Shown here piece by piece: positions 11,209-24,368 of a stretch of DNA of 64,000 bases. The position numbers and the translations under genes are program-made. Numbering within the stretch: the stretch's first letter is position 1; each line of letters starts with the position of its first letter. The notes under the pieces are model-generated. The model saw only the letters and a program-made list of their open reading frames with translations, made no database searches and was not told the origin of the DNA. Source of the stretch: Lytechinus pictus (lineage: Eukaryota); assembly GCF_037042905.1 (NCBI RefSeq), contig NC_087250.1:3970001-4034000 (forward strand), written 5' to 3'.

Positions 11209-11478
11209 GGCCCTGTCTTTCAAAGATTTACAATTGATCCGATCAATCGCAACTATGGACGGCCAGCAACGTCAACATCTATTATGCATGTTTGTTCAAA
11301 TATTTTCTAGCTGTGATGTATATGCATGCATTCATTGTTTTCTTGAAAATTCACTGCGCTTCTCTCTGCATACAGAGGACATTGTGCAAGTTTTTCGTAG
11401 AAAAAAATTATGACACTGATGGATTTCCATAGAGTTACGATTGATCGGATGAATCGTAACTCTTTGTAAGACGGGGCC
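11209..11478. mobile_element. MITE, same family as 6204-6473, followed by a partial second copy to ~11705
   Basis: GGCCCTGTCTTTCAAAGA ... TCTTTGTAAGACGGGGCC. Confidence 0.8.
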
Positions 11479-11809
11479 CTGATAAACCGCGACTATGGAA
11501 AGCCAGCAACATCAATGCATGTTCAAAATATTTTCTAGACGTGATGTCTGTATTTCCTCATCTATTGTTTTCTTGAAAATTCTTTGTGCATTTTTGTTTT
11601 TGTTTACAAAGGACATCGTGCAAACGTCCCGTAGAAAAAATGATGACATTGATGGATTTCCATACAGTTGAGGTTGATCGGATCAGCGTAACTCTTTGTA
11701 ATACAGAGCTAGCTAGTCCTTGTCCAATACATTGTAAAGCTATATCATGTTTAGTTTCTAAAACTACCTTTCATACTTTCAATGGAATGAAGGTAAAAGA
11801 GTACTCCAG

Positions 11810-12021
11810 GGGGGTGTTTCACAAAGATTTAAGCATGACTTAAGTCGCACTTAAATGCCGACGCGTATATGATATGCAACGCGCGATCTTATTGATAGAT
11901 ACGCATTAGTGCATGTCCTCATGACATGATCTGACCAATGCGGTCACGCCTTTCATACCGTACGCAACTCGGTATTTAAGTGTGACTCTAAGTCATACTT
12001 AAATCTTTGTGAAACACCCTC
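11810..12021. mobile_element. MITE with long inverted repeats and CAG flanks
   Basis: GGGTGTTTCACAAAGATTTAAGCATGACTT / AAGTCATACTTAAATCTTTGTGAAACACCC. Confidence 0.85.
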
Positions 12022-12348
12022 CAGGCTATATTGTTGGAGTTCTTGTAGTTTTTGTCAGTGGAATGTTACGAGGCAAGAAAGATGTTGACATGAGCATGAC
12101 GAGTATGCTTATTACACAGGTACACTCACCTACGCACAAAAGTTTTGAAATAAAATAACAATCATGAAAAACTTTCCCATATTTCTATTTTCAGCATTTA
12201 AACTGATGATGTGTAACATTCTTTGTGATATTTATTCAATATGTTTGAAAGAGAATTTCATGAAACTTTAGTGGCAATCCTAATAGAGTATTTGATCTTA
12301 AATTGTATTCCAGTTTATAGGTTTATCCCTCATGACAAAAGAAAAATC

Positions 12349-13063
12349 ACTTGACCAAGCTGGGCTTTTTGGGGTGTTAAAAAAAAAATGGGGGAGGGTT
12401 AGATCTTGGATGAACCCCCCCCCCAGATTTTGGCTGCTGATTGCGTGAACGCCGTGAAAATTTGCACGATAATATTGTGGGATGTAATCTCCAAGGCTGT
12501 ATGCGTTAATCATACTTTTCGCTCTAATTCACTAAAAAAAGGTCCTAGAGTGCTATTTTTTGTACACGTTAATATTATTTATACCATTGCTAACAATTAC
12601 AGTTGAAAGAAATCCTGGTTTCAAAATGATTTCTTATGTATTCTATTGTTTTATGGACTTCTTATGTATTTCTTTGTTTTTTACCTTTTGTTTTTCTTTG
12701 TTTATGGGCCAAATTTATAGCAGAAATTTTTTGAAGCATAAATTTGCCAAAATAAGTTAGTTTCAGCTGATGGAAGTGAAAATAATCATATTTTTTGTAA
12801 CAAGATGAGAAAAGTCATTTTACATTTACTTTGTACACGAAATCACATTTTGGAGCAATTTTTGGTCCGACATGCACTTACGTAATGTTGCGTAAGTTTG
12901 CAACCACATACCTGGGCATCGTAAATTTGGTCTCAAAATATGCGCAAGACTTCAAAGTAAAGAGTCAGTGAGCAGCGCGATGAAAAAGTTATGCGCAGCG
13001 GAATGGTCGCAGAAAATGTTGATTTAATCTTCCCTCTCCCCCCCCCCCCCGGCGGTTCTAAGG
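12349..13063. mobile_element. Non-autonomous DNA element ending at TTAA (piggyBac-like ends)
   Basis: Reverse-complement homolog of 31239-31952 and 43788-44554. Confidence 0.7.
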
Positions 13064-13103
13064 TTAATATTCCACAAAATCCTTATACCAACTTGTGCAT
13101 TAA

Positions 13104-13683
13104 AGGTCAAGTCCACCTCATAAAAATGTTGATTAGAATCAATAGAGAAAAATAAGAGAAGCATAATGCTGAAAATTTCATCAAATTTGGATGCAAAATA
13201 AGAAAGTTATGACATTTTAAAGTTTTGATTATTTTTCACAAAATAGTTATATGCACAATTCAGTCACATGCAAATGAGAGAATCGATGATGTCCCTCACT
13301 CACTGTTTATTTTGTTTTTTTATTATTTGAATAATACAATATTTCAATTTTTACAGACTAAGGACCACCTTGACTGAACCATAAAATGTTGAACAATAGT
13401 AATTCCACATGTTCAGGGCAAAATAAAACTTTGTTTCACAGGACAATGAGGAGAAAATTAGAATAATTCATATAATAAAATAAAAAAGAAATAGTGAGTG
13501 AGTGATGTCATCAGTTCCCTCATTTGCACGCCGACCGGGATGTGCATTTAAATATTTTGTGAAACTTTAAAATGTCATAACTTTCTTATTTTACAACCGA
13601 ATTTAATGAAATTTTCAGTGTTATGCTTGTTTTATTTTTCTCTTTTTATTCAAATTAACTTTTTGTTGGGGTGGACTTGTCCT
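13104..13683. mobile_element. MITE with TTAA TSD and AGG..CCT ends (Kolobok/T2-like by inference)
   Basis: ttaa|AGGTCAAGTCCACC...GGTGGACTTGTCCT|ttaa. Second copy at 61486-62076. Confidence 0.9.
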
Positions 13684-14513
13684 TTAATGACCTTCCATAC
13701 CCATAAATATAAACTATGTAACCCCCTGTCTTTCCTTGTATACCTTTTGAGTCTATATGGGCAGTGTATACTTACAATGAAATATTGATGTTTAGCAATG
13801 TACATAGATAGAGCAAACCTTACATATTTCATTAGAATTGTATTTATAATATTTGTCTTTGTTCGCGATCGTAGTATATATATGTTCAGTCTACATGCTA
13901 CTGCTGTGTTTCATATTGTTTATACGTCTTGAATTAGGACATACGGGTTCATATTCTGAAGTCGGGTTTAATTTGAACTCTGGTTTTAAGTCGTGGTTTA
14001 ACTATGGAAAGCCAGTCGTTACATAAATCTCTAACAGTAGAGGTTCAATGTATCGGCTCATTTGACTCCCAAAACATTAACTTCCTGGGATAAGTATGAC
14101 AATTTTCTTCACCATTTTGATTAAATAATAAGTAAAGAGCATAGTTAACATGAGAAGCACTCACTGTAGACAACATTTTGAAATGTTTGGCTTCCAATGA
14201 TTTTAGCAAAGAGTTAGACCATGGTCTAAGTTAAATCCGACTTTAAAATACGGGCCACAGTATATATATAGTTACCTCATCATGTATAGGATACTAGGGC
14301 CCGGTCACATAAGGTTAGTGATTGATTATTGAGCTGATTTTTATGATGGATTGCAATGATTATTGTGTAAGATCAATCGTAAATATCTACTCCATGATCA
14401 ATCGCCAAGTTTAATGTTACTGGGTCCAGCAATTATATCCCTCTCTGTCGATGATCTTTCCTTTTACACTATGATATTTAATCCCCAGAGTATTCTATTG
14501 AGAACATATATAT

Positions 14514-14826
14514 AGGGCCGTCTGCACCATCCCGAGTTTTCAATTTAGCGCGCTATTTCTGATCTGGCAAAAATATCCGGATCCGAACAATCTCAAGATT
14601 ATTTGTAATGGAGACGCAATTATCGCGCTAGTTTGCAGGTGCAGACACACTCAGGATTATTTATTCACGGCGTCAGACCATAATGCATTGATGCCTTGCT
14701 CGAGCAGGAATCGCTCTTCTTGCGATGGTGGAGACGGGACTTCTTGAATCTCAAGATTAATCGCGAAGAGGGCCGATCGGGCTAAAATCTCGAGATTGAG
14801 CAAACTCAGGCTGGTGCAGCAATGCC
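14514..14826. mobile_element. Imperfect palindromic MITE-like element
   Basis: CTGCACCATCCCGAGTTT / AAACTCAGGCTGGTGCAG inverted ends. Confidence 0.55.
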
Positions 14827-15249
14827 TTATGCGACCAACCACCCCAAAACCAACAATAAGTAGCCAGGGAAGTTTCCCTGTAATAAATAGCTAAAATAAT
14901 AGTTTGGTCTTCAAAAAGATGAAAATTAGGAACATAAGCTTATCTGAAAGAGTGATTCTTGTTCTTACTGTCAAGATATGAAGTTTTCAAAGTTCAGTAA
15001 AAGACAAGAGACGTGATTCTTTTATCACTATTTTTTTCTAGATTGCTTGGAAGTTTCACTGAGATTGCACAGTGTGCACATCATGGCCAGAATTCACAAA
15101 GGTGATTCTGAAAAATATTGGTTGAACCCATGGTTTATACAGATTTCCTGTATAAGTTGTGCTTAATTTACGGTGTATATTAAGATATGTCCAATACAAT
15201 GCGCTAGCTTGACCCTTGTTGCCATGGTTGATTGGTTTGATTGGTGGTG

Positions 15250-15445
15250 ATTTTTTTACCTGATTGCTAAGAAAGCATGAATGCTTGTAAGCAAGCAACC
15301 AGAGGACCGACGGCTTAAGGTCCCCTCCGAAGGACCTGGTACTGAGGATTAACGCCTTACCAAAGGGCACTAGCGCACCAAGTGGGAATCGAACCCGGGT
15401 CACCGGAATACGAGTCCCCCGCTCTACCGACTGAGCTATCGCGCC
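15250..15445 (-). mobile_element. tRNA-derived SINE (second family)
   Basis: Minus-strand head GGCGCGATAGCTCAGTCGGTAGAGC...GGTTCGATTCCC runs into a non-tRNA body. Confidence 0.8.
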
Positions 15446-17974
15446 TCCTATGTTATTGATGAGTCCACTGTTTTTTTTCAGTGTAGAAGAATTATACCAG
15501 GTGCGCATTTTGGCATTTGTAATATGTTTTAAGGTTCACTCAAGCATGAGATGTGTATGCTGTTCAAGATCTATTATATTGGAACATGAAACACTCAGCG
15601 GTATTAGATCTCAAAGAAATTCTCAATTGCATGACTTCACACTTTTACACTTTACAGTATGGAGAAGAACTCTTACTCTATCAGGTTAGCCCAATTGTCC
15701 AAACTTTCAAGACCGTCTTACGATTAATATGTGAGTCACACTTAAACTTGTTTTCTGATGGCTGCAGAGATTCTGTTGACCCCACCCCCACTTGATAGAC
15801 TAGATATTTCATGACTTTCTTTAATTACATGTAGTTATGGACAGTTTTTGGTCTACCTTGGCAGCTATATCCTACATATGTTCGCATCGTATGTGCAATA
15901 GTTTTTAATAGCTCACTTTGCTGGCTAGATAATGCAGTATTTGTAAGTGTTATGAATCGTGCATTATAGATTGTTGTAGCTTGATATTTTTAGCTATTAA
16001 CCAGTTACATATACTGATATAGTAAAGCTACTATATAGCAAACTTGATATTAACCTCTATTTAGTTATTGCATAGAACTTCCTCAAAAATGTATGTTGTG
16101 AAAATGCTGTGAAAAGCTACCTGACTACATGTATTTCAATATGGTTATTTATCACAAAATTGGCAAGGTCACAAATTATATAGATTAAATGTTTTAATAT
16201 GAATTAAAAAAAAGTAATGTGTTTGTATGGATGTTATAAAAATTGTCTTTGACTTTAATCTGGGTCTCTTTTCCTCAAGATTGTTCAACTTCCCGGCAAC
16301 TTTGCCATCATTGTACATGTAGCTACCATGGAAACCTTGAGTGTGATATGCTGTTGAGCTCTGTTTCCACCATCAGGGCCCTGTTTCATCAAGAGTTACA
16401 ACTGTTGTAACTTGGACATTATTGTAACTACCATGGAAACCTTGATTGTGATTGGCTGCTGAGCCCTGTTACCATGGTAGTAGTTGCCATAATTGCAAAG
16501 TTATGATTGTAACCCTTTATGAAACAGGCCCCTAATCTGCATTATGTATTTGTTCGAGCTAGAGTTGTTGAGACGTTGTAACACTACATGTACATGTATG
16601 TAAACGTGTCAATATTTATCATATAGATCTACACCCTTGGTCATGGCCGTACGAAGCCGGGGGGGGGGGGGGGTGGCAATAGTTCCCAACATTTTCCACA
16701 AAATTCACCAAAAGTGTAAATCCTTCAATTTCACTTCAGAAAATGCTAAAGCACCCCCATGACAAGCTCAGTCACTTGCCTCCGCTTTTAAGTTTCTTCA
16801 GGAAAGTTTTATGCGTCATTGCCCCCCCCCCCCGGTAACAAATTTCTGCGTACGTTCATGCATGTGATATTATTTATGTGGTGTATCATTGAATATATTT
16901 GATATTGATCTTGATATTCATATTCATATTCTCATAAGTATTACCCTGTCTGTCTTCCATTTATCGTCAAAGAGGGCGCTGTACAATCTTGAACAGAGTA
17001 TTCCAGGCTGAAAATGATTGTGATGTGAACAGATGAAGAGTCAAATCATACAAACAAAACATGATCATGAGGAATAACAAAGTTATTACAATGCAAAGTT
17101 TTGCATTATTTCAAATGAAATGTTCATGTCTTCATGAATGTATGTGCAGTGAGCGAGGTGATGATGTCATACCCCATTAATTTTTTGTTTGTATTATATA
17201 AATGAAATTATATATAATCAATTTTTGTTTTTTAAAAGAAAAGGTTAAAAATATTAAAAATAAATACTGTGTAAGGTGGCCTCCGCTGCAACTTATTTGT
17301 TCATAACTGAGACAAGTCTATACACTCATGTATGAGAAACTTTGATAGTTCAGGGGCCCGTACCACAAAAGTTAGCAATGATCGTAGAACATTTTTCTAC
17401 GATTGATTCCATTGACTAAATTGTACAGTCAATCATAAAGATCAAGCGTACGATTAATCGCTTACCTCTGTGTGACGGGACCCTGATTTGATTTAATCAA
17501 AAAGAAATTAAAATAAAACAGAAATGGTGGAAATGACTTCATCAACCAATCTATTGCACATTCATGACAACATACTCCAAACTGGTTTCACGGAATATTG
17601 CTGAATTTCAAAATTTAATAACTTCCATTATTGTTTATCAGATTTAATTAGAGCTATGTAATTGTATGTTTGTTCCTTCGTGTCTTATTCTTTTTAGCAA
17701 AATGTTTCCGCTCTTCATACAACAATTACGTCACTGATAGCACAAACCAAGATTCATACCTTTTGAATTCATTTTTAGAATGTGAATGAAGATGCTTGTT
17801 AGACTTTCCTCACAATATTTAAAAGTGTATATGTTCATGATCATGTTTTGATTATTATTATTATTACCATGCATTTCCCTTTAAATATACACATGGAAAC
17901 TAGAGAAGATTGTTTTCTTTCTTTTTTTCATAATTTTCTAGGAACTTGTGGAAGAGCAAATAGGGATGGAGCAT

Positions 17975-18310
17975 GAGAGTGCCTGAGAGAGAGATGGATT
18001 GAGTGAGAGAGAGGGAGAGAGAGAGAAAGGGGGGGGGGGGGGAGAAAATAACTAAAAAGTTTAGATTTATGAGGGGGAGGGGGAGAGATCGAAAAACTAC
18101 TAATGGAGAATTAAGATGGGAGGGAGAAAGAAAGAAAAAAAGAAAAAGAAAGTAAAGCAAAATGAAGAGTAAAGAAGGAAGGAATACAGAAAAACAGAAA
18201 AAAGGGGGGAAAAGACTGAGAAAGGAAGGAAGAAAGGAAAAGAGAAAAAAGAAAGAAAAAATAAAAAGGAAGGGGGGGGAGAGAGATGAAGAAAGAAAAG
18301 AATATGGTCA
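17975..18310. repeat. GA-rich low-complexity tract
   Basis: Long stretches of almost pure purine on the + strand. Confidence 0.8.
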
Positions 18311-18979
18311 CAAATAACAGTCTATGGGATGTGCGGGGGGGGGGGGGTGGATGCAAGCTATGGGTTCAATATACAAGAGGTTTTTTTTTTTTTTTTTTTT
18401 GCTCCGCAGAATTTTATTCACTCTTCCTCTGACTATTTTTTAAATTGTTTCTTTTTATTCATGGGTTTGCATATAAACAAGTCTTAATAACACCCCCCCC
18501 CCCCTTCTAAAAATAAGCAGAAAAAACAGTATGCCTCAATTACAGTCACACACATAATAGGCCAATTGATGTGGCTAGCATTGTTACGGCGTTGTTCATA
18601 GCATGGATCCTAATTAAGTTGATGAAAGCTAGAGCAGCCTTGCCCGATGTTGCAAGTGCTATTTGCACTGGAACCGAATCCATGATAAAAGACCATCTTT
18701 TTATCTTTGTTTTGTGGTTTTCTCTCTTATATTTCAGATTCTAATGAATTTTAATCTATTATTAGACACACTGACTTTCTTCATTTATATTTTTTCATTC
18801 TCAATGATCGTACGTACCGTACGTTGTACAATTATGTTATTTACTATGCTTGTTTGAAATGATTGTAGAATTTGCTTTATGAGACTTATATTGTCAATGT
18901 ATCTGATTTGAGAGAAGACAATAAAAACATAAAACCAGAAGTTTAGGGGACCATGCGCCCCCCCCCCCCCTCGCAAAGG

Positions 18980-19230
18980 TTAAGCCGCAATCGATCGCAC
19001 TGATAACGTCCAGTGTAGTAGCTATCGTTGACCTTTGACCCTCAAGTCCGTAAAAGGTAAATAAAGGGAGAAACATCCGAAGTATTTGGCACGGCAGCGA
19101 GTCAAAACAAAGGAAAAGTGAATCGAAATCCATTATTTTGCGATTATCAAGTTGAAATGCATCAGTTACCCTGATTCTGTCAAGCATATTGAATATAAGT
19201 TCACCCCGGAAGGCAAGCGGAAAGTGAGTA
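18980..19230 (+). promoter_or_regulatory. Candidate promoter / non-coding first exon of the F-box gene
   Basis: Locally CpG-rich unique sequence with ETS-like CCGGAAG/GCGGAA and a strong donor AA|GTGAGT at 19224. The F-box ATG lies 2 nt after an acceptor, so an upstream UTR exon is required. Confidence 0.3.
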
Positions 19231-19531
19231 TAATTCCATTATTACCGATGCCTTTTTGTGCGAGCGTGTCTGTGTTTAGCTTAGTGCTTTGTCATTCATT
19301 CATTCATCAATGATGTTCAATGTTCTCGGAGTGGCGCCCAGTCCGTCGGGGATCAGCTGGGCAGTGAGCAGAGCTGCCGAGGCCGAGGCCGAGTGAGCGA
19401 GTGACGCCTTCTGAAGGATGATGATGCAGCCTTAATTGCTTTAAGTTTCAGTACATGCTGGCAGTCAGTGGCGTAGTGAGCCAAAAATTATGTTGAGGTA
19501 GAGCCTAGACATGCTAGAGGTAGGGCATAAC

Positions 19532-19638
19532 CAGGGACCTGGGAACGATTTTTTCAGTGGGGGTGCTGAAATCTCTCCTCAAAGGCGGGGGGGGGGGGGG
19601 GGGGGGGGGGGACAGACACAATTGAGTTTTCCATAATT

Positions 19639-19675
<37 letters not shown>

Positions 19676-21824
19676 CATATATATGACAGTCACTTCTTAG
19701 CTTTCTTCTTGTAAAAGAACATGAATATATAATTAGATAATTCGAGCGCTAAGCGCGAGCTATTTTTTGTGGAAATTTTATGTATTTTGTCCTGAAAATT
19801 GAACATTTTGAGCAATTTTTGTGGTCCAATATGCGTATGTAATAAATAATAATTGTGAGCGCGAAGCACGAGCTGAAAAATTTGACATTCCGACCTAAAT
19901 ACTGGACATTCTAAGCACGTTTTGTAATTATGAACAGGATAGGTATATAACTATATAATTTATGCGAGCGCGAAGCGCGAGCGGAAACAAAATTGAGATT
20001 TCAGACAAAAAAACCCTGAGAGATTCTAAGCACTTTTCTAATCATGATGAGGATAGCTATAAAACTATACAATTGCTGCGAGCGCGAAGCGCGAGCGGAA
20101 ATAAAAATGAGATTTCAAACCTAAAAACGAGACATCTTTTGCACATTTCTAATCATGAACAGGATAGGTATATAACTATACAATTGATGCGAGCGCAAAG
20201 CGCGAGCGGAAACAAAATTGAGATTTCAGACCTGAAAACGGGACATTCTATTCATGTTTTGTAAATCAAGAAAATGATGGGTAATTGGATATATTCTTAA
20301 ATTTAAAAAAATAATGTGAGCGCGAAGCGCGAGCAGAAAATTTTTGATATTCAGATCTGAAACTCCACACTGAATGTAAAATGGTTTGAACAGATAAAGA
20401 AAACTCAGACGAACATAAGAATAAATATTTGATCAAAATCAGACAAGGAATCTCACAGTTATTGCATTTCAAAGATTAGTATTATTCCAGAGAAACAGTT
20501 TTAGACATGTCATCATTAATATTCAATGAGCAAAATGATGATGTCATATCCCCACTTGTTCTTTTGTATTTTATTATGTAAAATTAGGTTTATTCAATAT
20601 TTTCCTTTCAAGAACCAGAACAGTTGAATTGACAACTGATTTAGTCCATTAGATATTCTTTGCTGCAACTTATTTCATTATAAGAGAGACATAATCATTC
20701 ACTCTGGTATGAAAAAAATGAAACAATTTTGATTCCATGTAGTAATACAAGAAACAGGATAGTGGGGATGTGACAGCATCAGTCCATCTATTAAATATTC
20801 ATGACGACATGCATATCACCATTTTCATAAAATATTGTTAAACTTTAGAATTAAATAACTTAACTAATCGTTATCAGATTTTGATAAAATTTATTTATTT
20901 TGATAAAATGTATATGATATAAATATTTTCAGCCCGGAGTACCCCCCCCCCCCCCCCCCATCAAGCTGCGTATCTGAATAAACATGCATGCGCGTGTTTA
21001 GAGTTAGACCTAGTATCTGGGCATTCCAAACACATTTTTTTACTATAAAAATCAATAATGCGAGCGCGAAGCGCGAGCAGAAAATATTTGATATTCCGAT
21101 CTGAAAGAGGGTGAATTTAAACACTATTTCAAGTAATGTGTCGGAAAATTCTGAGGGGGGGGGGGGGGCGGGGGTTCTACAAAACGTCGTTCATTTTCAT
21201 TACATTTCTGTCATTTATCATACCTACCACTAAATTTCCAGGAGGTGCGCTGCTTATGGAAAATAAAACACGCAGCACCCCCAAATTTTGGGGGTGCTTC
21301 ACCCCCAGCATCCCTGGTTCCCAGCCCCCAGGGCCATGGGGCAGGGCGAAAAAGACTGTGAAATTTGATTTCTATTGTCTGACTTGTAATTTTTGTGTAC
21401 AATACACGGGCGGTCGGGCGCGCGCTCACTTGATTCGACATAAAACCTGGAAGTTTCAAGTCCAACCCATAGAGATATATACTAATCTCGATGGTCCAAC
21501 CACACCCATGTCCCTCCCTGCTATCGAAGAGTGTGTTGGTTACCACGTATTGCGCGCGACCACGTCTGTATCGGAGTGCTGCCCCGCTGGAGCTTGATTG
21601 AGTCGCGTTATAGGAGGGATGTTATTGGAATATGTGAAAGACTATGTAAATGATTTGCGATTGTCGGATGTGATAATTATGTACATTATAACATATTTAA
21701 AAAAATACAGAGGGAACCTGATTTCGTGGGGGTGCTGCCTATGGAAAATAATACATGCAGCACCCCCATGATAATTTCTGGGGGTGCTTCAGCACCCCCA
21801 GCACCCCCGCTTCTCAGGTCCCTG
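19532..21824. mobile_element. 2.3-kb composite non-autonomous hAT-like element
   Basis: TIR CAGGGACCTG(G/A)GAA. Perfect 8-bp TSD GGCATAAC at 19524-19531 and 21825-21832. Internal GCGAGCGCGAAGCGCGAGC repeats. Confidence 0.85.
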
Positions 21825-21879
21825 GGCATAACCCAGGGAGTTCGCGGGTCGGAGTGAAGCCCATGCCAGGGCATGGGCA

Positions 21880-22205
21880 TGATGGGGTCGCAATGAATAG
21901 CACCCCAAATAAAATTAAAAGGGGAAAAAGTAAATTATGCACTTACCTCGATTATGGACGAAGGTCTATTGTGACACAGAATCCTGACATCGAGGCACAA
22001 ACTGGACCCTCAAAAAAAGGAAAAGTTCTGTCTCGTTCGTTCTCCTTGTTTCAAAATTGAAATTTAATGAAAACAAAATGGCCGATCGATACCGTGAATG
22101 AATACGACATAATAGAGGTCCATATAATCGAGGTAAGACTAAGAGCATAATTTATATTTTCCCCTTTTATTTGGAGTGCTATTTAGTATTGTGACCCCAT
22201 CTACC
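21880..22205. mobile_element. Degenerate inverted-repeat element
   Basis: Left arm GGGGTCGCAAT..AGCACCCCAAATAAAA..TTACCTCGATTAT is mirrored by ATAATCGAGGTAAG..TTTTATTTGGAGTGCT..ATTGTGACCCC. Confidence 0.6.
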
Positions 22206-22767
22206 CCATTTTGGAGAGTTCCCATGTCTGCCTAATAAGTAATATTAGTTATTATTACACGGACGAGTGCGGGCCGGAGCACCCTGGGTTAGGTAGGGCG
22301 TAGAAAGCTGGCAGCCGTCCGTTTCGAGGAGTTTTTTAAAGTTTTATTTTATTTTTATTTCTCCTTGTACACAGACGGCTCGCTATCGTGCAGCCGTCAT
22401 TAGGGGGTAAACAATGCAAAATCCCCTGATGGGGCTCATCAATTTTTGTGGTTATTTCATAAAAATATGTAAAAAGAACTGGGCCAAAATAAAGATTATT
22501 ATTCCGTTTTGGCCTAACATGCAATAAAACGGGAAAAAATAAACTGAAAAGGGGAATAAACAGTGACTTACTTCGGCTGTCGCGCAACTCCCACTTCCCT
22601 GGTTTATCCGAACTTAAATATATGGCCATTGAGTCCCTGTACAGATCGAGTTAGAACTTCGGTCTCTGTAATTGGTGAGTGGAGCCAACAGAGTTTAGCA
22701 CTAGCAGAACAACCAATAAAACGGAGACCAAAGCTTTTGGTCTAGGTAGGGCGCTGTAACGTTAGAT

Positions 22768-23360
22768 TACTGGTGGTAAATTTGCTCGAAGTCGGCCGGT
22801 GCGAAACTGCATTAGCGCTGATCTATGCTTGAAAATAAAAAGTTGCGAACAAGCCAAGCAAGAGCCAAAATTGAAATTTTTTATTACGAAAATAAAATTT
22901 TGTGATGATGGATTTGACAAAATATTCAGCTTCTCTCTTTCTCTTTCTTTCCTTTATAGGAAAATACTTCAGTTTTAATCAAATCGAGATCGAAGCGGAA
23001 ATACAGCCGTTCCTGATCCTGATATTCGAAAAATTGGTGGGCATATTGACCTTGAAATGTGATTGAGGAACTTGCTACATGTACATATGACATTCAGGAA
23101 CAATTCATGTACATGTAGACCTACATGTACGGCCTACTGGTGGGAAATTTGCTCGAAGTCGGCCGGTGCGAAACTGCATTAGCGCTGATCTATGCGTATC
23201 AGGCAAAATTTGAATTATAAAAAGTTGCGAACAAGCCAAGCAAGAGCCAAAATTGACATTTCTTATTACGAAAATCAAATTTTGTGATGATCGATTTGAC
23301 AAAATATTCAGCAAATAATATCTAGACACCTCTTTCTCTTTCTTTCCTTTATAGTTTCTT
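22768..23360. repeat. Local direct duplication of a ~190-bp unit (starts ~22768 and ~23135)
   Basis: TACTGGTGG..AAATTTGCTCGAAGTCGGCCGGTGCGAAACTGCATTAGCGCTGATCTATGC occurs twice. Confidence 0.85.
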
Positions 23361-23639
23361 GAATCTTGGTCATGAAAAATGGGGGGTGGGGGGCAACCCC
23401 TAGCTCTTCCATCTGTACACCACCGGCCACCGCTAGCTGTCTCACTAATATATAAAAGCTAGTTGGGTAGAATCTAGATCTAGTGATTGATATTAAAGGG
23501 GTACTCCATCCATTCAAACTCCTTGGATTGACCTTAAAAAGTATGTTCAGACTTCAAAACCAACTGGAATGACGACTTAACGAAGCAAAAACGAGGCTGA
23601 TGTATTCGCAAAGGTTGCCATATGATTATCATTATTAAA

Positions 23640-24368
23640 AGGGATACATGTAGTCCCGGGCTGAATTTAAAAAAATCTAAATACATGTAGATAGAGTAAA
23701 ATGCACTGAGCCAAATGCTGAAAATTTCATCAAAATTGGATAACCAATAACGATGTTATTGAATTTTAAAGTTTAGCAATATTTTGTGAAAATAGTTACA
23801 GGTGTATATGCATGTCATCATGAATATTCATTAGGTGGGCTGATGATGTCACATCCCCACTTTCGTTTTTCTTACATGTATGTTATTACATGAAATCATA
23901 ATTGTTTCATTTTTTAATACTTTTTATGTGTGAATAATGTGTTTCCTAATATATTGAAATAATAATATAATAATAATCCGTTTTTTATATAGCGCTTAAT
24001 ACATCGGAACGACGTGTCTAAGCGCTTTACAGATATATTATTACCCCGGTTGCAGCAATTAATATCTAATGCACTAAATCAATTGTCAATCCATGTTTTT
24101 CAGTTCTTGGGAGAACAAATTTGAATAAACCTAATTTCATATGGTAATAGAATGCAAAAGAACAAGTGGGGATATGACATCATCAATTTGCTCATCGAAT
24201 ATTCACGAAGACATGCCAGGAACTGTTTCACCAGAATAATGCAAGTCTTTAAAGTGCCATAACTTTGTTATTCCTTGTCTCATTTTGATCAAATTTTTAG
24301 TGTTTTGTTTGTCTGATTTTTCTTTAATATCTGTTTAAATCCTATTATTCTCAGCCCAGAGCATCCCT
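23640..24368. mobile_element. TTAA-flanked MITE (family of 43040-43620) with a SINE tail inserted at ~23960-24050
   Basis: AGGGAT..CCGGGCTGA / TCAGCCCAGAGCATCCCT|ttaa. Confidence 0.75.

Noticed and set aside
15370..15445. tRNA-like sequences here and at ~5089, ~25706 and ~37049
   Set aside because: They have A/B boxes but run into SINE bodies, with no convincing acceptor stem. They are treated as SINE heads.
19962..20264. Repetitive 100-aa ORF (MRARSASGNK)
   Set aside because: It is a translation of internal tandem repeats of the hAT-like element.
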